Below are positions 18,208 through 24,000 of a stretch of DNA of 24,000 bases, piece after piece (the first letter of the stretch is position 1; every line of letters starts with the position of its first letter). The DNA is from Alloalcanivorax sp. (lineage in GTDB: Bacteria > Pseudomonadota > Gammaproteobacteria > Pseudomonadales > Alcanivoracaceae), in assembly GCA_039983755.1 (NCBI GenBank), contig JBDWVU010000005.1, forward strand, positions 123,062-147,061. The letters run 5' to 3'. The notes beneath the pieces are model-generated. The model was given only the letters and a program-made list of their open reading frames with translations. It was not told the origin of the DNA and ran no database searches. The translations under genes and the position numbers were made by a program.

Positions 18208-18744
18208 ATGATTTATAAAATTGGTGAGCGCCGCCTGGAGCAGCGTGGTAGTGGTCACTGGATTGCAGACAACGCCACCGTGATCGGTTCGGTGATCATG
18301 GAAGCCAACAGCAGTATCTGGTTCAACGCGGTGTTGCGGGCCGATAATGATGTGATCGAAATCGGTGAAAATACCAACATCCAGGACGGTGCAGTGCTGC
18401 ACGTGGATCCGGGCGTACCCATGAAGCTGGGTCGGGACGTGACCGTGGGCCACAAGGTCATGCTGCATGGCTGTACGGTGGGCGATAACAGCCTTATTGG
18501 TATCAATGCGGTGGTGCTCAACAAGGCCGTTATCGGCAATAACTGCATTATTGGCGCCAATTCGCTGGTGCCGGAAGGAATGAAAATTCCGGACAATTCA
18601 CTGGTGATGGGGTCTCCGGCCAAGGTGGTGAAGGAAATAGGTGAAGGGCACAAGGCCATGCTGACCATGGGCAGCATGCACTACGTGGCCCATGCCAAAG
18701 AGTTTGCCCAGCATCTGGAGGTGGATGAACGCTTCCATGACTGA
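18208..18744 (+). CDS. Gamma-carbonic-anhydrase-like left-handed beta-helix protein (YrdA/PaaY/CaiE family)
   Basis: 178 aa. IG..TNIQDG.VLHV......L.G.DVTVGHKVMLHGCT.G...L.G......... closely parallels E. coli YrdA, and the hexapeptide repeats are visible. Confidence 0.85.
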   Translation: MIYKIGERRLEQRGSGHWIADNATVIGSVIMEANSSIWFNAVLRADNDVIEIGENTNIQDGAVLHVDPGVPMKLGRDVTVGHKVMLHGCTVGDNSLIGINAVVLNKAVIGNNCIIGANSLVPEGMKIPDNSLVMGSPAKVVKEIGEGHKAMLTMGSMHYVAHAKEFAQHLEVDERFHD

Positions 18745-18946
18745 CAGGCAACTGGTGTCGCCGTGTGTGTCGATCTGCGCACTGGATGAAGATGATATCT
18801 GTGTGGGCTGTTTCCGTACCGGCGGGGAAATCTCCATCTGGGGGCTGCTCTCGGATGACGAAAAGCGAGAGGTGTTTCGCCGTATTGATCAGCGCATGAA
18901 CGGCGAGCCAGCTCCTTGCGTGGTGCGCGCGGAGAAAAACCGATGA
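18737..18946 (+). CDS. DUF1289 family small Cys-rich protein
   Basis: 69 aa from ATG 18737. SPCVSICALDEDDICVGCFRTGGEISIWGLLSDDEKREV is the characteristic DUF1289 pattern (C.3C...C..C). The start overlaps the upstream stop, and the stop overlaps the patatin start (ATGA). Confidence 0.7.
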   Translation: MTDRQLVSPCVSICALDEDDICVGCFRTGGEISIWGLLSDDEKREVFRRIDQRMNGEPAPCVVRAEKNR

Positions 18947-19872
18947 CAACGCAGATTGGTAATCAGGAGCCTGTGCGGCCGGTGGTCGGGCTGGCGCTGG
19001 GCAGTGGTTCTGCCCGCGGTTGGGCGCATATCGGGGTAATCCAGGCGCTGGAAGAAATTGGTGTGCAGCCCCAGGTGGTGGCGGGGACATCCATTGGCGC
19101 ACTGGTGGGGGGCGCCTATGTTACTGGCACGCTCAACGCTTTTGCCGACTGGGTGGAATCCCTGACGGTGAAAGATGTGTTTGGTTTGCTGGATATCAGT
19201 TTTTCCGGTGGCATGGTGAAAGGGGAAAAGCTGTTCAGCTTTTTTCAGGACCACCATGAAAACCCGGAAATCGAGACCCTGGACAAGAAGCTGGTCACCG
19301 TGGCCACGGACATGAAAAGTGGCCGCGAAGTCTGGATCACCAAAGGGAGAATGCTGGATGCTGCGCGGGCATCCTGCGCTCTGCCGGGGCTGTTTTCTCC
19401 AGTGAAAATGCAGGGTCGCTGGATGCTTGATGGCGGCCTGGTTAATCCGGTTCCTGTCTCCGCGGCTCGCGCCATGGGGGCGGATGTGGTGATCGCGGTG
19501 AATTTGAATGCCCAGCTGGTGGGGGCCCACCTGTCCCGGGATACCCGCAGTCAGGCAGAAGGTGAAGAAGGTACCGCCGAGGAACGTAGCATCTGGCAAA
19601 AAATGATGAATTATTTTGCCTCTGGAGATGGTCAGGACCCGGGCTTTTTTGATGTGGTGGCTTCCAGCATCAACATTATGCAAGACCGCATCACCCGCTC
19701 GCGAATGGCTGGCGATCCGCCGGAAGTCACGCTGGTGCCGATGCTGGAAGATTTCGCGCTGATGGATTTTCACCGCGCCAAGGAAGCGATTGCCGAAGGG
19801 CGCGCGCTGGTGAAGCGCTACGAGGCGGATATTCTGGCCTGGGCCGGGTCGCCGATTGCGGATCGGGTTTGA
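18943..19872 (+). CDS. Patatin-like phospholipase (RssA-like)
   Basis: 309 aa. It has the oxyanion motif GSGSARG, the nucleophile elbow GTSIG and the catalytic Asp motif LDGGLVNPVP. Confidence 0.85.
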   Translation: MTTQIGNQEPVRPVVGLALGSGSARGWAHIGVIQALEEIGVQPQVVAGTSIGALVGGAYVTGTLNAFADWVESLTVKDVFGLLDISFSGGMVKGEKLFSFFQDHHENPEIETLDKKLVTVATDMKSGREVWITKGRMLDAARASCALPGLFSPVKMQGRWMLDGGLVNPVPVSAARAMGADVVIAVNLNAQLVGAHLSRDTRSQAEGEEGTAEERSIWQKMMNYFASGDGQDPGFFDVVASSINIMQDRITRSRMAGDPPEVTLVPMLEDFALMDFHRAKEAIAEGRALVKRYEADILAWAGSPIADRV

Positions 19873-19876
19873 AAGG

Positions 19877-20038
19877 CAATTGATAGTTGAGAATGGATAA
19901 TTGATAACTCGCGTTCTCATTCCATCTGTTCTCCAACGCAAGAGGCCGCGCCCAAACCTTGAGCGCGGCCTCTTGCGTTTATATTGCACCTGCGCTTCTC
20001 GCGCAGTTATCAATTATCCATTCTCAATTATCAATTAA
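19877..20038. repeat. Terminal-inverted-repeat element, copy 2 (MITE/REP-like), enclosing a 17-bp hairpin
   Basis: The left arm is caattgatagttgagaatggataattgataact (19877-19909). The right arm 20005-20037 has reverse complement taattgataattgagaatggataattgataact, with 31 of 33 positions identical. The right arm overlaps the stop codon of the CorC/HlyC gene (20031-20033). Confidence 0.65.
19935..19979. terminator. Long perfect hairpin between convergent genes (probable bidirectional terminator)
   Basis: aacgcaagaggccgcgc (19935-19951) pairs with gcgcggcctcttgcgtt (19963-19979), a perfect 17-bp stem with an 11-nt loop. A short T-rich run (tttatatt) follows on the + strand. No clear U-tract follows on the minus strand. 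Confidence 0.65.
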
Positions 20039-21293
20039 CCCCTGCTTTCCTGGCTCTCACCGCTTTCACCATATTGTCCTTCACCTGCAAAATCTCGATC
20101 AGATACTGATCGATTCTCACCGAGATATTGGCGTCGGGGATATCCTGCAGGTATTCAAGGATCAGCCCGTTAAGGGTCTTGGGACCATCGGTGGGCAGCT
20201 CCCATTGCAGGGCGCGGTTGATGTCGCGCAGGGTGGAGGAGCCGTCGATCACGAAGCTGCCATCCTCCTGGGGATGGATGTCCTGGCTGGTGGCGGCCAG
20301 GTCGGTGGTGAACTCGCCAACGATTTCTTCGAGAATATCTTCCAGGGTGACCAGGCCCTGCACGTCGCCATACTCATCCACGACAATGCCGATGCGGCGT
20401 TTGGCATTCTGGAAGTTGATCAGCTGCTGATGCAGGGAGGTGGCTTCCGGTACGAAGTAAGGCTCCACCGTATATTGCATCAGCTCGGCTTTGTTGATTT
20501 CGTCCTTGAGCAGCAGGCGGCTTAGTTTACGCAGGTGTAGCAAGCCGATCATGTTGTTCGGGTCGCCATTGAACACCGGCAGCCGGGTGTGCTGGCTGGA
20601 GCGTAGAGTGGTGAGGATGTCGTGCATGTCGTCATCCAGATCAATCCCCACCATTTCGTTACGGGGGACCATGATGTCTTCCACCGTTACGGTTTCCAGG
20701 TCGAGAATGTTGAGCAACATTTTCTGGTGATTCTCGGGAATCAGCCCGCCGGCTTCATTGACCACAGTACGAAGCTCTTCCGGGCTCAGGTGGTCCTCGT
20801 CCTGCTCGTTGGGGCGAATGCCTGCTAGCCGGAGCAGCATGCTGCTGACCCCGTTGACCATCCACACCAGCGGCGCCAGCAGTACCTGCAGAGGCTTGAG
20901 GACCACGCTGGCAGGGAACGCGACTCGCTCCGGGCGCATGGCGGCGTAGGTCTTCGGGGTGATCTCCGCAAAAACCAGCATGATGATGGTGATCACCACC
21001 GGCGCCACAGCGGCGCCGCTGTCGCCCAGCCAGCGAATCGCCAGAATGGCGGCCACGGTGGCGGCAAAGTTATTGACGAAGTTGTTGCCAATGAGGATGA
21101 CGGACAGCAGCCGGTCCGTGCGTTTGAGCAGGGCTTCCACCCGGCTGGCCGCTTTTTGTCCCTGACGGGCCAGATGTCGAAGGCGGTAGCGGTTAATGGC
21201 CACCATGCCGGTTTCACTGCTGGAGAAGAACGCAGAGGCCAGAATCAGAATAATCAGGGCGCCAATCAGCCACCCGTCAGAGTAGGTATCCAA
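20031..21293 (-). CDS. yfjD: HlyC/CorC family transporter (DUF21-CBS pair-CorC_HlyC), YfjD-like
   Basis: 420 aa. The N-terminal DUF21 membrane domain has FFSSSETG, followed by tandem CBS domains and a C-terminal CorC_HlyC domain. The gene order yfjD-ypjD-ffh matches E. coli. Confidence 0.88.
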   Translation of the reverse strand: MDTYSDGWLIGALIILILASAFFSSSETGMVAINRYRLRHLARQGQKAASRVEALLKRTDRLLSVILIGNNFVNNFAATVAAILAIRWLGDSGAAVAPVVITIIMLVFAEITPKTYAAMRPERVAFPASVVLKPLQVLLAPLVWMVNGVSSMLLRLAGIRPNEQDEDHLSPEELRTVVNEAGGLIPENHQKMLLNILDLETVTVEDIMVPRNEMVGIDLDDDMHDILTTLRSSQHTRLPVFNGDPNNMIGLLHLRKLSRLLLKDEINKAELMQYTVEPYFVPEATSLHQQLINFQNAKRRIGIVVDEYGDVQGLVTLEDILEEIVGEFTTDLAATSQDIHPQEDGSFVIDGSSTLRDINRALQWELPTDGPKTLNGLILEYLQDIPDANISVRIDQYLIEILQVKDNMVKAVRARKAGVN

Positions 21294-21430
21294 AGGAAAT
21301 ATCGTTTATCCGCCAGTCGGCCCGCTATTGTTCGGGCCGGGGGGTTGGGGTGTCAAGGAGAGAGGCAAGCTATATGCGTCAGGCCCCACGCCGGGCACGC
21401 AAAAGCGTGTTGTGTGAGGAGTGTTGTGTG

Positions 21431-22231
21431 TCAGCGTTTCAGGATGAATTCCAGCACCAGCTGACTGCCGAAGAAGGCCACCAGCAAGACCGCAAAACCA
21501 CTGAGGGTAAAGCGAATGGCGGTGCGCCCCCGCCAGCCTCGCAGGTAGCGGCCGCCGAGCAGAACGGCGAATACTACCCAGGACACCAGGGTCAGCACGG
21601 TTTTGTGCATCAGATGCTGAGCAAACAGATTATCCACGTAAAGAAAGCCGCTGAAGATGGCAACGGTCAACAGGATTTCGCCCAGCCAGATTGCCTCGAA
21701 CAGCATGGACTCCATCACCTGAATCGGTGGAAAAAGCCGCATGACGCCACGGATATGGCCGCTCTTGAGTTGGCGATCCTGAATCCAGAGCAGGATCGCC
21801 TGGCAGGCGGCCAGCGCCAGCACAGCGTAGGCAACAATGGAAAACAGTACATGTACCCCCAGGCCGTGGGCCAACGGGTGGGCGGTGTAGCCGGTGCTGA
21901 CCCACAGCATGGCGGGAATGGTGCATGCGGCAAAAGGGTAGACTAATGCTGAAATCCACTCGAACGGACGATACAGGCTGGACACGACGACCACGGCGGC
22001 CCCGGTCATGGCCACGGCGGAGGCAACCGGAAACAGGCCCAGCTGTAACCCGGCTGTGGTGAGCATTACCTGCCAGAGGCTGGCGGCATGGGCGATAACG
22101 GCCAGGGTGCCGGGTATCAGGATGCTGGCCCGGGACGGTACCGTCTGCCCACGGAATTGCCGATACAGGATCAGGCAGGCCGCGAGATACAAAACAAACG
22201 CCGCGAAACCGGTGATCACGGAAAAGTTCAT
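21431..22231 (-). CDS. ypjD: Inner-membrane cytochrome-c-assembly-family protein (YpjD/CcsA-like)
   Basis: 266 aa, a polytopic hydrophobic protein. It is divergent from ffh, as ypjD is in E. coli. Size and position match. Confidence 0.78.
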   Translation of the reverse strand: MNFSVITGFAAFVLYLAACLILYRQFRGQTVPSRASILIPGTLAVIAHAASLWQVMLTTAGLQLGLFPVASAVAMTGAAVVVVSSLYRPFEWISALVYPFAACTIPAMLWVSTGYTAHPLAHGLGVHVLFSIVAYAVLALAACQAILLWIQDRQLKSGHIRGVMRLFPPIQVMESMLFEAIWLGEILLTVAIFSGFLYVDNLFAQHLMHKTVLTLVSWVVFAVLLGGRYLRGWRGRTAIRFTLSGFAVLLVAFFGSQLVLEFILKR

Positions 22232-22363
22232 AAGTCGTTGTTATCCGAAGTAGGTGCCCGAAAATTGCGGGCCAAGCCCGCCGAAGTCTGGCATAGCCGC
22301 CAGTTATCTATCAACAATCATTCTCATTTTGTGCTCCGGGCATCTTGCTGAAGGCCATGGCCC

Positions 22364-22393
22364 ATGACGTTGGTGCCCAAGGAAGGCTATAAT
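22364..22393 (+). promoter_or_regulatory. Candidate sigma70 promoter of ffh
   Basis: A perfect TATAAT at 22388-22393, with ATGACG (4 of 6 to TTGACA) at 22364-22369 and an 18-nt spacer, about 64 nt upstream of the ffh ATG. Confidence 0.3.
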
Positions 22394-22456
22394 CGCGCCC
22401 CTGTCACTGCGGCAGGCACGCCTGGCCGCAGACATGGTGCATTTGGAGGTAGACCC

Positions 22457-23878
22457 ATGTTCGAGAATCTCACCGATCGGTTGGGATCGTCGCTTAAAAG
22501 CCTGGCAGGTCAGGGTTCCCTGACCGAAGACAATATCCGCGACACCCTGCGCGAAGTGCGCAAGGCACTGCTGGAGGCCGATGTGGCCTTGCCGGTGGTG
22601 AAAGAGTTTGTCGAGCAGGTAAAGGAAAAGGCCCTGGGGCAGGAAGTGCTGCAGAGCCTGAACCCGGGCCAGGCGTTTGTGAAGATCGTCAACGACGAGC
22701 TGGTTCACACCATGGGCGATGCCAACGACGCCCTGGATCTGGCCACCAAGCCGCCGGCCATTATTCTGATGGCGGGCCTGCAGGGTGCCGGTAAAACCAC
22801 CTCCGTGGCCAAGCTTGCGCGTTTCCTGCAGGAGCGTGAGAAGAAGAAAGTCATGGTGGTGTCCGCTGACGTCTACCGCCCGGCCGCTATCGAGCAGCTG
22901 AAAACCCTGGCGGGGGAAGTGGAGACCAACTTCTTCCCGTCCACCGGCGACCAGGATCCGGTGGATATTGCCAATGCGGCGCTGGAAGAAGCCCGCCGTC
23001 GTTATATGGACGTGCTGATCGTCGATACCGCGGGCCGTCTGCATGTCGATGAAGACATGATGAGCGAGATCAAGCGCTTGCACGGGGCCATCAGCCCGGT
23101 GGAAACCCTGTTCGTGGTAGACGCCATGACCGGTCAGGATGCCGCCAACACCGCCCAGGCCTTTAATGAAGCGCTGCCGCTCACCGGTGTAATCCTCACC
23201 AAGGCCGACGGTGATTCCCGCGGTGGTGCGGCGCTGTCTGTGCGTCAGCTCACCGGCAAGCCGATCAAATTCATCGGTATGGGCGAGAAGACCGACGCCC
23301 TGGAACCATTCCACCCGGATCGTATCGCCAGCCGGATTCTCGGCATGGGCGACGTGCTCTCCCTGGTGGAAGAGGCCGAGCGCAAGCTGGACAAGAAGAA
23401 AGCCGAAAAAATCGCCAAGAAGTTCAAGAAAGGCAAGGCGATGGACTTCGAGGATCTCAAGGACCAGTTCCAGCAGATGCGTAATATGGGCGGCATGGCC
23501 GGCCTGCTCGACAAGCTGCCGGGCATGGGCGGGATGATGGAAGCGGCCCAGGATCCTGCTGCCATGAAACAGATGAAGCACATGGAGGCCCTGATTGATT
23601 CCATGACCCCCAAAGAGCGCCGTAACCCGGATCTGCTCAAAGGCTCTCGCAAGAAGCGCATTGTCGCTGGCGCAGGTCTGGAGATTCAGGACCTGAACCG
23701 CCTCATCAAGCAGCAGAAGATGATGGCCAAGATGATGAAGAAGATGCGCACCAAGGGTGGCATGAAGAACATGATGCGAGGCATGGAAGGCATGATGGGC
23801 GGCGGCGGCCAGGGTGGTCCGGGTGGCGGCATGCCCCCGGGCGGCATGGGCGGCCCAGGCGGCATGCCGCCGATGTGA
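22457..23878 (+). CDS. ffh: Signal recognition particle protein Ffh
   Basis: 473 aa from ATG 22457, preceded by GGAGG. The start is MFENLTDRL. GTPase motifs are GLQGAGKTT, DTAGR and TKADGD, followed by a Met-rich M domain. The ORF track's upstream extension to 22364 is not supported. Confidence 0.95.
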   Translation: MFENLTDRLGSSLKSLAGQGSLTEDNIRDTLREVRKALLEADVALPVVKEFVEQVKEKALGQEVLQSLNPGQAFVKIVNDELVHTMGDANDALDLATKPPAIILMAGLQGAGKTTSVAKLARFLQEREKKKVMVVSADVYRPAAIEQLKTLAGEVETNFFPSTGDQDPVDIANAALEEARRRYMDVLIVDTAGRLHVDEDMMSEIKRLHGAISPVETLFVVDAMTGQDAANTAQAFNEALPLTGVILTKADGDSRGGAALSVRQLTGKPIKFIGMGEKTDALEPFHPDRIASRILGMGDVLSLVEEAERKLDKKKAEKIAKKFKKGKAMDFEDLKDQFQQMRNMGGMAGLLDKLPGMGGMMEAAQDPAAMKQMKHMEALIDSMTPKERRNPDLLKGSRKKRIVAGAGLEIQDLNRLIKQQKMMAKMMKKMRTKGGMKNMMRGMEGMMGGGGQGGPGGGMPPGGMGGPGGMPPM

Positions 23879-23910
23879 GGTAGTGCATCACGCTGCACGC
23901 TTCATGAAAC

Positions 23911-23954
23911 AACGCGGGCAGAGCGGGTGGGGGCTCCACCTCTCTGTCCGCGTT
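23911..23954 (+). terminator. Hairpin downstream of ffh (possible terminator or attenuator)
   Basis: aacgcgggcagag (23911-23923) pairs with ctctgtccgcgtt (23942-23954) in 12 of 13 positions. Only a weak T-run follows (gcgtttgggg). Confidence 0.35.
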
Positions 23955-24000
23955 GCGTTTGGGGGGCTGTGAAACCGTGTTGCGCGGAGCTTGTTGCGTG

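Noticed and set aside
19889-19908. A Fur-box-like string in the copy-2 repeat arm (gagaat-g-gataat-t-gataac).
   Set aside because: The hexamers are spaced 7 nt apart rather than forming the contiguous 19-bp Fur consensus. They lie at the 3' ends of two convergent genes where no promoter is expected. The resemblance is better explained by the internal periodicity of the TIR.

Overview
This is a chromosomal segment from a moderately GC-rich gammaproteobacterium. The taxon is inferred from synteny and protein similarity. It looks like a marine Oceanospirillales or Pseudomonas-like organism, which I cannot verify here. Two blocks keep the housekeeping gene order known from E. coli: mltF divergent from purL (3.3-9.0 kb) and yfjD-ypjD divergent from ffh (20.0-23.9 kb). 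The left end carries an HD-domain hydrolase, a GntR/FadR-type regulator, tRNA-Val(GAC) with its promoter and terminator, a hypothetical gene coupled to a DUF72 gene, and mltF. After purL come two tandem paralogous hotdog thioesterases, a small YqfO/NIF3-insert-like protein and a zinc-ribbon NUDIX hydrolase. The main accessory feature is a complete but atypically organised curli (csg) functional-amyloid locus at about 11.6-17.6 kb. It has csgD-E-F-G on the + strand facing, tail to tail, a minus-strand operon of a csgB-like curlin, a 419-aa csgA-like curlin with 34 strand units, a third His-rich degenerate curlin and a CsgC/CsgH-like gene. Downstream lie nudL (CoA pyrophosphatase), a gamma-carbonic-anhydrase-like LbH protein, a DUF1289 protein and a patatin-like phospholipase. 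Non-coding signals not explained by the genes: (1) two copies of one family of terminal-inverted-repeat elements (CAATTGAyAGTTGAkArTGGA...), each about 160-175 bp, each starting 4 nt after a stop codon and enclosing a strong hairpin; (2) two CAAAC-N4-GTTTG palindromes, which match the PsrA operator form, just upstream of the thioesterase pair and of nudL. I found no transposase, integrase, CRISPR array, rRNA or recognisable defence system. I also found no clearly undescribed multi-gene system. The expanded curli locus and the repeat family are the best candidates for novelty. All calls come from reading the ORF translations and the sequence by eye; no database search was run.
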